Assembly: GCF_964355755.1 (NCBI RefSeq)
Contig: NC_092670.1
Span: 1,850,201 to 1,914,200 of the forward strand
DNA: 64,000 nt
Reading direction: 5' to 3'
Source: Antedon mediterranea
Lineage: Eukaryota > Animalia > Echinodermata
In this document: positions 14,401 through 27,000 of the stretch, piece by piece
Position numbering within the stretch: position 1 is the first letter of the stretch
Layout of the letters: each line of letters starts with the position of its first letter
Notes under the pieces: generated by a model
Database searches by the model: none
Told to the model about the DNA's origin: nothing
Seen by the model: only the letters and a program-made list of their open reading frames with translations
Program-made: the position numbers and the translations under genes

Positions 14401-17400
14401 CTCGGCTGATCATGGTTGTTTATCATCTTTGTAAGATAGTAGCACGAACATAGTGTGTTTAATACAAATTTAAAGTAGGCCTAACGACCTTTACTTTTAT
14501 GTGAAACAAATTTTGTAATTTAAATATTAATATATTGCATGACAAAAGGTAGGTAGGTTGCATGATAGGTAGGCCTACTGTATTATTTTTTTTTAAATTA
14601 TTATGAGGCTCTTGCAATAATAAGCATGTAGAGTCTTTTTTCTCTCGAAAATATTACCTTACAGTACAGTACTTTGAATTATTTCTTAGAATTTTCTAGC
14701 CAATATATTATCCAATTCCCATATAACAATTTAGTATTAATAATGAACAAAATTTGGTGTTTTTGTAAACCTAATATTTTACTTTCCGTTCAGTCTTCTC
14801 TCCATAGTCAGTTATTTTCATTTACTTCGTAGACAACAACTTTACTGTTCAGGACATGAGTAAAATGTTTTCTGTAAGTAAAAGAACGATAGAAAGGAGG
14901 CTACAAGAATACAACATGACAACAAGAAACTACACAGATATTTCTTCCGAGTTTCTAGACGCGCGTATTGGCATGATAACCATGAATTTTCCAAGATCAG
15001 GTAGGTATTTAAAATATACAGAATGGCTTGTTTTGTTACGCGACGGACTTTAGAATAGAAGAAGTACTCCTTCGACATGATAAGCATACAAAATAAGGAT
15101 TATTTTTTGAAAGGTTGGGTTAGATACGATGATCGCATCATTTATTGATGGGATGGGATTCTTTCTAAATGATAGAGAGTAGTACCACTGTTTGTAGCGG
15201 TAGCTATTTGCATAGTTTGCTTATTTGTTTTTCTTTATTCATCATTTCATCTTAACACTAGGACTTAAGTCAATTGAGGCTCATTTGATGAAAGACGGCA
15301 TACGAGTACGAAGAGAAGCATTGCGAGATTCTGTCAAAAGGGTTGATCCCGTTGGGCGTCATTTGCGGTCTCTGCGTTGCATACGCAGACGAGTTTATTC
15401 AGTGCCATCTCCGTTGGCTCTGTGGCACATAGACGGGAATCATAAACTAATAAAGTAGGTCTACACGTTTACGATATGTTATGATCAAAACAGATTCGTA
15501 GGCAACCCGACGCAGATATGAAAAATGATAATGTAAATGTAAGAAATTTACATTTTATGATACAATAACATAAAAGTATTTTCAGTTTCCTTTATAATTG
15601 TCGTATGTTTGATTCTACAGATGGAGGTGTGTGATTCATGGAGGTATTGATGGTTATAGTAGAGCGATAGTGTACCTAAAACTCAGTACAAATAACAGGG
15701 CATGCACGGTTCTAACTTGTTTCCAGGAAGCTGTCAGAAAATGGGGATTGCCGTCGAGGGTGAGAGCGGACAAGGGGATCGAAAATGTTGATGTGGCTCG
15801 CTTAATGTTGAACCACCCTTCTAGAGGACCAGGCAGAGGTAGTTTTATTACTGGAAAAAGTGTTCATAACAGCAGGATTGAAAGATTGTGGAGAGATGTA
15901 TTTGAGGCTGTTATATGTTCCTGGCGCACATTCTTTAGCAGTTTGGAAACCATGGGTTGTTTGGACCCAGATAACGAGGCGCATATTTTTATTTTACATT
16001 TCATTTATGTACCCATTATTAATAGTATGTTGATGGATTTCCAACTGATGTGGAACAACCACAAACTGCGGACCGAGCACAACAAAACCCCAAATCAATT
16101 GTTCATAATGGGTATACAAAATATTGCATCCGATGCAAGCATCATAGCGTCTGAGTACTTTGAAGCCATACCAGAGGTAACGTGGAGTTGTATAAATTAA
16201 AGTAATAAATAAAACCTTCATTTTATACGGTATTCTTGGATTTAGAATGTAAGGCGAACGGATGTTCGTATAATTTGTTTGTCGTAACAACTACGTTATT
16301 ATAAACCTGTAACAAAAACTGTTTTAAAAATAGTCTCCCCGACACACACATTATACGTGAGAAACTACTTGTATAGTTAGCCGTTACCGTACACATTTTA
16401 ATTTTACCGTGTCTTGTATGATCTACCTAATCTTCTTTCATTATTTTGGCTTATTGTAGGAAAGTGTTCAGCAGTATGGTATAGATCCAAACTCACCCCT
16501 TCCAGAAGAAAATGATGGTATAGTTGTCCCTGACACTGCCTGTCCAATGAATGATGAACAACTCTCTTTATTTAAGGATGAAATAGACAATGCGCTAAAT
16601 AATGCAGTTGATATTTGGGATGCAACTCCTTATTTACGAGGCTTAGATATTGTTTCTGAATTTTGATGAGTAATAATGACTATTGTGAATGTTTAAAATA
16701 GAAAATTATCATAATGCATATATTAATAATTTGGTTGGCATTTACACTTTAGTATTGGAAATCAGGCTGTGTGAATATCGATTGTTTTGAAAAACAACTT
16801 ATTCTCAAATGAATGTTAATGTTTTTATTAGTTAATTATATTAGGCCTAAAAATATCTGTGTAGATTGGGGATAGAGAGAGAGAGAGCATGTTGCACAAT
16901 TTTACTGATTGGTGTATTTAATGACTGCCTTAATTGTTAATTAACAACAAGTTTCTTTAATTGTTAAAGAAAAACGTTTATTGCCATTAAATTGAAAAGG
17001 TTATTATATGTCCTAAAATCAATACCGTAGTCAACATATGATTTGCTTTAACATTTTTTCTACTGATGTGTAAACTAAATATGTTTGTTGAAAATAATGT
17101 TGTACTTAATGTTTCAAGAACTGCCGACACTAAAATGTTTAGAATCAAATATTATATTTCATTTATTTAGATCTACCCTGTACAGGGGGTTTAAGAACTG
17201 GTATGCCTAATGTTTAAAACGGAAATAATATGAAAACGTATTAGCTCATAACAACCCTTTCAACCATCGCTCATCTTCTTCTGTCATATATCTTTCCGTT
17301 ATGTAAATACAAATTACCACCACTCTTTCTCAACGGTCACCTCCTCTATCCACTCTCCATGTCCTAAATTGAAGCATTATGGATTTTGCTCTGTGATTGA

Positions 17401-20400
17401 ACCAACCCATATCTACAGTAGAAAACTTTATTTAAAGTATGTCACTTGCTTTGTTCTGACCCACTTAGGTCTACACATTACCAAAAAACTGTTGAGAAAA
17501 TGCCAAATCATACATATTGAACAGTGTGTCTTTTGGCGGCAGACTGCATGTTAAACCTGGCCGTGGAAGTTGCATACTGTTAATACACGTGTTGGCAGAC
17601 GGGAGAAAAGAACCTGCTGTTTCTGTAAATACTATTTGTGGATGGAGAACAAAACCCAACACTGGTTCTTCATCCGTTCCGGTCACAAACTGCAACAGAT
17701 GACCAAGCGTCAGGTGACCTCTTCTACCACCTATGAAAAAGAGAGGTAAAAGTCAAAACAAATCAAGTCATAACAAAACCCTTTTAGCCATCGCATCAGT
17801 AAGTGACTTGGCTTAAATGCTTTGAATAGTTTTAACACTGCATGTTCTGATATGAATTAAAAGTAATGAGGTTTAAGAAAATTTGAAAAATGTCGGAGTA
17901 AAGCGAATTTATTTTGGTATGTTACGGTTATTGCTCTTTTTTGCCATTTTAGACACTGTTATTATATGGTTTGCGACGGCAACAACAAATACTTCACTTG
18001 TATAGCGGACACATCCACTACAAGTGTGCTCAATGCAATATTCCTTTATTGTTTGTTTATTGTTTTCCACACATAATAAACTTAAAGTTAAATTGTACTA
18101 AACAAAAAGTGACTTCAGAAATACACATAAATAAAAAAGGGTAAGTGTGTGGAAGCCAAAATAAGCTTGAGAACTTTAGGGCATGGCCACCGGTTAAAAT
18201 AAGGGTTTAAACAAATAATGGATTGCATTATGCTACAGTAGGGCAGAAAAAGGAAAATATACGAACAGACAGTCTGTGTTTTTCTATAACTTATAACTTA
18301 CTAGCAACCTCTCTGACGTAGTCCAGAAATTGGGCATATACAGAACTTTCAAATATCTTAGTGTTTGAGCCATCGCTGCCTTTAAAAGATGGCTTCAACA
18401 ATTCTTTCATCTTTTTTACAGATAATAGTGCTGCAGGGCTGGGTCGAAAAAGATGAACAAATGTTGGTATGTGACAACAAAGCTATAGAAAATAATTAGA
18501 TAAAATGGTAGACAAGTGAATTGAATTTACAATTTTCAGTTGATCATTGAACGCATTACATTATTGTTTCAAGCAGAGATGAAGCATTATAGTGATTGGA
18601 TCTGACGTATGCATATCATTGTGTTTTAGTTACTTATTTAAAGATATGGATCAGAAGCTTAAACTGGCAGTAACTGGTTTTGCGCTCTGTATATGTATAT
18701 TGTAGCAGTACTGTACGACATACCTGATATATCCCCAACTTTGCGAGTCCCTTTCTTAAATTGGTTATGCACTCAGAAGGAGCACTGCTGTTGACGAGTT
18801 CGTCGATAAGGTCACTGTGCATGAATTGTGGCAATTTGCCATTCTGGACGATACTCATAGCTGTTAAAAGATAACCATTTTTAAATACATTAAATCATTA
18901 TAACAGTACCGTACTAGTAAAAAGAAACAAAATAAAACATACGGTATAAGGCTATTAGGAACCAATTTGGTGAAAACAATTGTTGCATTTACACGCCACG
19001 TCACACGTCAAGGAACCTCAAATAGCACCGTGAATCGCGTGATTTTATTGTAAGTAGACATTGAAAACCTACCCATTATTATGCCGATGTAGTAATATTC
19101 CTCGGGAACGTGTTCTTTCATACCGTTATCAAAATAACCATCTTTTATTGCTCTTAAAGCCAACACAAAAAATTCTTTCCTCGGGCCGCCATAATCGGCT
19201 GCTCTCTGTGTGTAAGATATGAAATTACTGTATAGCAACACGGTTAACATCTCATTTTAACTAAAATGCTTTGAATATATTCGATTAGTTTTTACAAATT
19301 CAATTGTTTTTTTTTATTATCATTGTATTTCAAAAGGTTAATTTTATTTATTACAATAAAAATGTATTTAATATACCTCATCATAGAATTGCACTTCCAG
19401 TGTTTTGCGGTAGTCGGCCATATCCCTAATTTCCGAAAAAGCAGTTGCAAGCACATCTTCTCTATTAATCATAATAAAATTTGTTTCCCCTTCGATTACC
19501 TCTGCTTCATCTTCTATCTCTAGTGGTCTTCCTGAAACAATAGCTTTTTGGTAATAACGTAGCACTTCTACAGGATTCCCATTAATGTTGTGGGTATTGC
19601 AGTAATTCACGGTATCTTTGACAATTGTTTCAATAGTAGTAAGAGCAGGTTCTCGTTCGTTACGTTCTGGTTCGTTAACAAACTAAAAATAACAATTATT
19701 TTTGTAAATGATGATACTCATCAAAACCGAAAGCTATAGTACATACTCTTGCAATAATACATAACTTCTATTATAACATAGCTAGGTAGCTTATCTTTTT
19801 CACTGAAATCGCACTATGTTTAGTTTTTTAGTTCTAAAAGTTGTTTATATAATTATATTTAAATAATGAACTAGGAACTAGCTTCACAGACATTGAATGA
19901 GTAGTGCCTACGTACAATGTTTTCAACAATTTCTAAGTCTAAGTTCTGTTCTGTTCTGTTCTGTTCTAAGTTCTCGGAGGCCGGTATTGGTTCGGTGGCC
20001 GGTATTGTTTCGGTGGCCGGTACTTCATGTAGTCCCGGTTCCAGGTCACTGTCTGAACTTGAATCTTCGTTCTGGGGTTCAATAAGAGAAGATAATGTAC
20101 AGTAATATTGCGTGGTCGAGTGAAAAAAAAGTTGTTAGCCTAAATTATGATAGAAATATTCAAATTAAGCATTTTGTTATGTTAAAAATGTATTATACAA
20201 ATCAAATAAAAAAAGGAGAATATTGATAATATCTGAAAACCGGTAATTACCGGCAAGTCCGTATCGGGAAAATTGATTTTCAATTCTCGTTTCTGAAAAC
20301 TGAAACTGATTACCAATACTACTTTCTTCTCTTTCACAGGTAATTACCATGCAATATTTGATGTGCACTTTCATGTTCTTCATGGAAATGTTGGCCCTAC

Positions 20401-23400
20401 AATTTAAACATTTTTCTCGGGCTTCCACTAATGGTATTTCTGCCTCCGGTATATCCCGCTGCAATGGGCGAATGTATAATTTTCCAGAACCAAATGTTCT
20501 AAGGTCTTGAACTTTACATGGCCCGTAATGGACAACAATCAGTTTTTTGCGATCACCTGTTGTTATCTCAAACCCTCCGCAATTTGCAAGCAACGGAAAT
20601 GTTCTACAAAAACAAATTAAAAATAAATATGTAGAATTTTGTTCTCATTTGCAAACTGTCATAAGCATCATCATCATAGTTGATTATTTTCTCTTTAACA
20701 AACAGTATTTTGGCAAAATCACCACAGAAAACATTTCGATGTGAAAACATTAGAAAAATTATCTTACTTAAATACCAGGTTGCAAAAATCGTCTTGATTG
20801 CCTTCCGCTGGAAACACAATTTTCTTCTCGCCATAGCCGTTATCTTTCAGTTTTCGACGTTGGGCTACAGTAGGAACAGTTTCCATTTTGTGTTCCATGA
20901 GGCATACTAAAAATCTTGTCAATGTTCTTCCTAAAAAAGGATAAAATATCTTATAAAAACCATCTTTTATTAATAATCATTTCGGTCAATTAAGAAGATA
21001 AGACCTCCTTGTATTATTATTAGGCATGTTTTTTGGTTAAATAGCAAATTTTGTTACATGGGCTAATTGTTGGAGGTTAGCAAATATACAGATATGTTAG
21101 GAAATACATAACATCGTTATTCTTTTTATTATATGTTTAATAAAACTGTTAACATTTCAACTTTATATAAAAAACATACACCAATAAACCTGATTGGCAG
21201 TATTATCCGAACTCAACTATAACATGACGTAATAACTGTACCGACCTAAATACATTACACACGACAGCTTCTAAACTCTCATTGTGAAAATACAATTAAA
21301 ATTGATGCGATAAAACAATTAGCATCGTACCTTTTCCAGATGGTTTACTACTGGTACTGTTGTTGCTATGACCCCTGTTATATGGGGTTTGTCTCTGAAA
21401 TAATATTATATGTACACAGTGATAAAAACTCGTTCAAAATGTTAATTTTACTTGTAATACAAAAAATATATGATGTTTTACTGAACGGCCAGGTAAGTCT
21501 CCAACAAAATTAATAAAAATGTGATGGACAACATGTTAAAATGTGGCACCATTGTATTGAAAATTATTTAAACTGGATTGGTACAGGCGCGGAGCCACTT
21601 AATAAGCTATCTATCGGTACAATAGTAAACGATTCGGGTGCCAAGAAGAAGGGGGTTTAGTAACATGATGCAACTTACATAATTTCGATTGAACAGTCGT
21701 CTGTGTTCACTCGCAATACTTTGGTCTCTGCTAGGCGTACTGCTGGTGCTAGCACTGGAACTCAACGTAGATCTACTACTAGGCCTACTAGTACTAGCAG
21801 CATGACTAGTGGTTGTAGTAGTACTAAGCTCACTACTACTATTGGAAATGGTAGCAGACGAAGGAGTGTTTGTGATAGAATTTGCTAACCCCTGCAGCAC
21901 CTGCAAAACACTACGTAAATCATCTGACATACTGGATGATACCTGAAACGAATGAGTCCATACAACTTGTATTTACACTTTTTCACAATTTCACGTTAAT
22001 TTATCACATTTTAAGTTTATATACTAGAAAATCAATATTATTCCTAGAGCCTAGTAGGCCTATATGGTTTAGAGCTATTTGGCAAAATAAAAAATAATTG
22101 TTCAGTGGTAGGCTTCTGTACTATTATTATTATTAATAAATACAACCATTGATTAAAATATCGGTCTACGCACAATCGGAGGTTTATATATAATTTAATA
22201 TAAGTATGTGTAATAATAATAATATTATATTATAGGCCTAGCTAGGGCCTGGCCTAGCTGGATAATTCCTATAATTAGTAATTTCAGCTACAAAATCCAG
22301 GTTCCAATCCTGGTCACCACTCATGGCACTAATTGTAGCTTTTTATAAAATAATGATAATAATTCCAATATTAATAATTATTAGGCCTATGCCTAGTATT
22401 AGTATTGTAAGTAGGCCTAGGGCCTATATCATGCCTAGCCTGCTAGGCCTATCTAGGCCTATACAGAAAAGTATAACAATAACTTAAACCATCATCAATT
22501 TCACCTACAAAATCGATAAAACACAGAATTTAAAATAATAATAATAATAAAACAGGAAAACACTATTAAACATTATTATATTTATTTATCTACCTATCAT
22601 CAGTATACGTACGGTACGTACCTTTTTGGTCTTCCTGAGCTGAATCAATTCAAAAATCAGCATCAATGTGTGAAAAATGACGAACTACGCAGTTGAATAG
22701 CCCCCCATCCATAACAGCGTTGGGTTATTTAATGCATGATGAATAACAAATAATTATGATTTAATAACAAATACACATGTTTTTATTTAATCCATGATAA
22801 ATATTCGTAAAATATGTTTATTCGGATATTTATTAATTACGTCTCCACTATAGTCTATAAAACATAATGAATGTCATTATTTCAAAAAAAATAGGCCTAC
22901 CCCGTAAACAAATGGAAGCTTCTCAACAACAGTTAATTTATGCATCATATAGAGAGCACAGAGCAGAAAATGGCTCTAGGCCGGCCTCATCCTAGCAGCC
23001 GCCGCACAGGGGGAGAGAGAAGCACAACACCAGCTCTCTCTCTCTCCCCTGTCTCTCCCCCACAGGCGGGTGAGGTGGGTGTTACCCCGGGCCTAGTTGT
23101 GGGGCGTAAAATTGTAACAGGCCCACAAGCTAAATTATATTATTTCATTCTGGTTTTTTTTTCATTATTTAAGTTTGTGATAATGTGTGTAACCAGGGAG
23201 ATGTAAAATAAATTTATAAATTAGTTTACATCTCCCTGACCTGTGTGTGTAACGTAGGCCTAAGTAAGTGTCATACAGTCGTATTAGTTGACATTCACCC
23301 CCCGCCCCTCAATATTAAATCGGCGCCAACAGTTACAATTTAACAATAAAACAATAAATGTGCGAACAACTACCGTTTAAAACTTGTCGAGTGGAATATC

Positions 23401-26400
23401 TACACTTTACATGCGTAAATGCGAATGATGTACAAAACTGACTATGGAAAGTATGAAAATTAAAAATTAGTATATCAACTGATATATACGTAAGCGGAGC
23501 CAAAAGCTAACGTTTGAAAAGTTGTCGAATGAAATGTTATCACATTAAATCACGAACAAGCGAACGGTGTGTAATACTGGCCAATCGAAAGTAGGTGATT
23601 GAAATGCAACCACTTTAACTCAAGAAAATACGTTCGGTGCGAAAAATCGCCGTTTGGAAAGTCGATGCTTCAAATATCATGGTTTGAAATCACGAACAAG
23701 CGAACGGTGTGTAATACTGGCCAATCAAAAGTAAGTGATTGAAATGCAACCACTTTAACTCAAGAAAATACGTTCGGTGCGAAAAATCGCTGTTTGGAAA
23801 GTCGATGCTTCAAATATCATGGTTTGAACTCACGAACGGGCGTATCGTGTGCAAAACAGTTGTTTCAACTGTTGAACAGACGAACGGTGTATAAAACAGG
23901 CAATGAATTAGAATTATAATTCGATGAACTATAATTAAGATGCTTTGTTTGAAATGTTCATGAACTACATGAAATGTTGATAAATGAGTTGACTAATATA
24001 TACTTGTATTAACGTTAGATTAATTCAATTATTGCTGCCTGGGCTCAACATTCTTTAGATGGTTTGTGTTATGGGTAGTTTGTTCGGCGTATTGTCGTTT
24101 GGGCTAGTGGTAGATGGTCACACATTATATTGGATGGTGTAGATACTAGGTGAATGGTTTAAGTTTTCATTGAACTGCATGAGATAATATTGGATGGTTT
24201 AAATTTTGTACGAATTAATTATTGGTGGATGGTATGTATTATGTATTTTTGGCGGGTTTGGCTTTCCATAGATTCCTCCATAAACTATATAATACAACGA
24301 TTGTAGGAGCAATAGGAACTAGAACTATTCCTCCATAAACTATATAATACAACGATTGTAGGAGCAGTAGGAACTAGAACTATTCCTCCATAAACTATAT
24401 AATACAACGATTGTAGGAGCAATAGGAACTAGAACTATTCCTCCATAAACTATATAATACAACGATTGTACAGTAGGAGCAATAGGAACTAGAACTATTC
24501 CTCCATAAACTATATAATACAACGATTGTAGGAGCAATAGGAACTAGAACTATTCCTCCATAAACTATATAATACAACGATTGTAGGAGCAATAGGAACT
24601 AGAACTATTCCTCCATAAACTATATAATACAACGATTGTAGGAGCAATAGGAACTAGAACTATTCCTCCATAAACTATATAATACAACGATTGTAGGAGC
24701 AATAGGAACTAGAACTATTCCTCCATAAACTATATAATACAACGATTGTACAGTAGGAGCAATAGGAACTAGAACTATTCCTCCATAAACTATATAATAC
24801 AACGATTGTACAGTAGGAGCAATAGGAACTAGAACTATTCCTCCATAAACTATATACTACAACGATTGTAGGAGCAATAGGAACTAGAACTATTCCTCCA
24901 TAAACTATATACTACAACGATTGTAGGAGCAGTAGGAACTAGAACTATTCCTCCATAAACTATATAATACAACGATTGTAGGAGCAATAGGAACTAGAAC
25001 TATTCCTCCATAAACTATATACTACAACGATTGTAGGAGCAATAGGAACTAGAACTATTCCTCCATAAACTATATAATACAACGATTGTAGGAGCAATAG
25101 GAACTAGAACTATTCCTCCATAAACTATATAATACAACGATTGTAGGAGCAATAGGAACTAGAACTATTCTAGAATATGACAAATACTGTGTCTACTGTA
25201 ATTCGTAATTATAGCTTAAATCGTTTTTATTTTACAGTGAAACCAGACTGATAGATGTGCTGGAACAAGTTTGTGAAAGAATATTGAAGTATAACATCCA
25301 TGCTGAAAGAGAGGCAAGCCGAAGGTATTTAACTGGTTTTGTGGTTAAGGTACCCGATGTCTTTATTGGTTCTGGTACCCGATGTCTTTGTTGGTTCTAA
25401 GTTCAACAATTCTGATGTTCAATTTTGTTTTTTTCAAAACGTTTCAGGTTTGCAAAAGGAACCGCTGAAACAATGCAGACGCTGATGAACTTACGAGATA
25501 AAGGGGTCAAAGTTGAACTTGGAATACCAGATAACATGTGGGAAGTACCAGGTGCTCCCATATATAAAATGAAACAATACGTAAGTATCTCACGTTATCA
25601 GTTAATTACGCACCATATGATAAGTTAATTATATTTACAGTCCGTGTAAGAATGAACTGATGGAAAATGCTAAAATCTTATCCAGGGAGGTTTTATACCT
25701 TCATCATATTCATGAATTTTGTCATATTATTAATTATTAATAATAAGAATACAGTCGAAGTTAACATACAGCCTAGAGGTTGAGGGCATTGAGGCATGTC
25801 TTCATCACCTATACGGTGCATGGCCTCATTTGGGTATACCATAGTCTTCTTATGATAGCCTAAATTTATTTAACAGTTGAAAGAGTGACAATAAAATACT
25901 GTAATACTTTGCTCATTTTTTTCTAGTGTGATTCACTAATTGAGCAATATGAAGATGTGATAAATGATTGGTATTTTGCCGAACCAGATGAAAGGACTGA
26001 CCTAACAAACCTTCTGTGTCTAGATAACTACCTAGCTAAGGGTGACCAAGGTAATATAAAGAACTGACCTAACAAACCTTCTATGTGGCAGTGATATGGG
26101 TAGTGACATCATCATGTCCATATATGGGCACATCATATTTTATTGTCACATAGAGACAAGTTTGATAGTGTAAGCAGAGCTTAAATTATTGAAACTTTTT
26201 TTTTATTCCCAAGAGTGTTTAAAGGAAGTTTGGACCGGTAAAGAGCGAGTGGACTTTGATGGTGACCAAGAAGATGAGGAGAAACAAGAGAAAAAAAAAA
26301 AAACAGGCAAAAAACGTAAGAAAAACAACACGCAGGATGGTGAAAAGAAGAAAAAGGCAAAAAAAGGCATTCATTTGAATTCAGAAAATATCCACTCAAC

Positions 26401-26425
26401 AGTACACAGCAAAACAGAACTTTGA
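11443..26425 (+). CDS. CNPY4: Canopy-family ER chaperone (CNPY3/CNPY4-like); exons 11443-11551, 12059-12179, 25238-25324, 25448-25580, 25927-26050, 26214-26425
   Basis: Signal peptide, [54 protein letters not shown], acidic/Lys-rich tail, C-terminal KTEL ER-retention signal; splice phases consistent. CNPY3 vs CNPY4 not resolvable by eye. Confidence 0.85.
12641..13600 (+). repeat. Left TIR (~960 bp) with an internal 140-bp direct repeat (13085/13225)
   Basis: Reverse complement of 23298-24270 with only a few substitutions and one ~11-bp indel. Confidence 0.95.
13861..16666 (+). CDS. IS3-like DDE transposase/integrase, 5 exons (13861-14182, 14833-15000, 15262-15454, 15621-16176, 16460-16666), ~481 aa, intact
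   Basis: GRPGR, HTH ([19 protein letters not shown]), [39 protein letters not shown]; candidate triad D(HIDG)-D(RADKG)-E(RIER); exons total 1446 nt in frame. Confidence 0.92.
17471..21930 (-). CDS. Transposon-borne HECT-domain protein (G2E3-like HECT) with a UBZ-like zinc finger; 10 coding exons (21930-21679, 21394-21331, 20930-20768, 20603-20348, 20071-19916, 19682-19377, 19205-19073, 18860-18724, 18482-18302, 17730-17471), ~635 aa
   Basis: REDVL...[51 protein letters not shown] (catalytic Cys), C-terminal FFGNV; CLNCx11Hx3C finger; all GT-AG junctions phase-compatible, 1908 nt. Confidence 0.85.
23298..24270 (-). repeat. Right TIR (~970 bp)
   Basis: Inverted copy of 12641-13600. Confidence 0.95.
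24272..25170. repeat. 55-bp minisatellite, ~16 copies, abutting the right TIR
   Basis: Unit tattcctccataaactatataatacaacgattgtaggagcaataggaactagaac, some copies with a 5-bp insertion. Confidence 0.95.
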
Positions 26426-27000
26426 ATATTTAATCATTTTAACACCTTTTTTGTTTTCAAATTCAACATTTTACTCAGCAAGCGTTATTTAAAAGTTAGA
26501 AAAAGGGGAGTTTATAGTGTTTAATAGTTTAATATGTAAATAGTTGAAATATTTCATTACATCAGAGTATACATTTTCATAAAATAATCGAACAATTTAA
26601 ACAATGTACATTTTTGGAACATTCCATTTTAATAGCTTTGCAACAACTTTTATATAAATGTTTACAGTACTTTCAGGTTTCAGAATTGCATGCAATTTTT
26701 ATATTTAAAAAGATTATTTGTTATTATAAAATATGTTTTAGTAATTAGAGTTATATACGGTAGCTAACCACGAAATACATTTTGAAAGTTATATTGTTGT
26801 TTTTTTATGTTGTGTTGATTTGGAACTGTGCAACGACAAACTTGTTCTGCGACTTTCACACATTTCTACCAATGTAGAATTTGTTATAAAAGATTACATT
26901 TAGACCTCTCTTCCCTAGCTCTATCAACTTTTTTATACAGAACACTATAAAAAAAAAGGTATACATACAATAATTACAACCTTAGAGTCCTGTCTCAAGT

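Larger units (their letters stand above)
12641..24270. mobile_element. Full-length IS3EU-type DNA transposon (11,630 bp) in CNPY intron 2, carrying a transposase and a HECT-domain gene
   Basis: Termini TATGG...CCATA; 6-bp TSD GATTCC at 12635-12640 and 24271-24276; ~960-bp TIRs; IS3-like DDE transposase inside. TAY..RTA ends with 6-bp TSD match the described IS3EU superfamily. Confidence 0.92.

Noticed and set aside
17471-21930. Calling the HECT gene the host G2E3 ortholog
   Set aside because: No PHD/RING N-terminus, shortened HECT, and located between TIRs inside another gene's intron
24272-25170. CRISPR-like regular array next to a mobile element
   Set aside because: Units are contiguous with no unique spacers, and the context is eukaryotic
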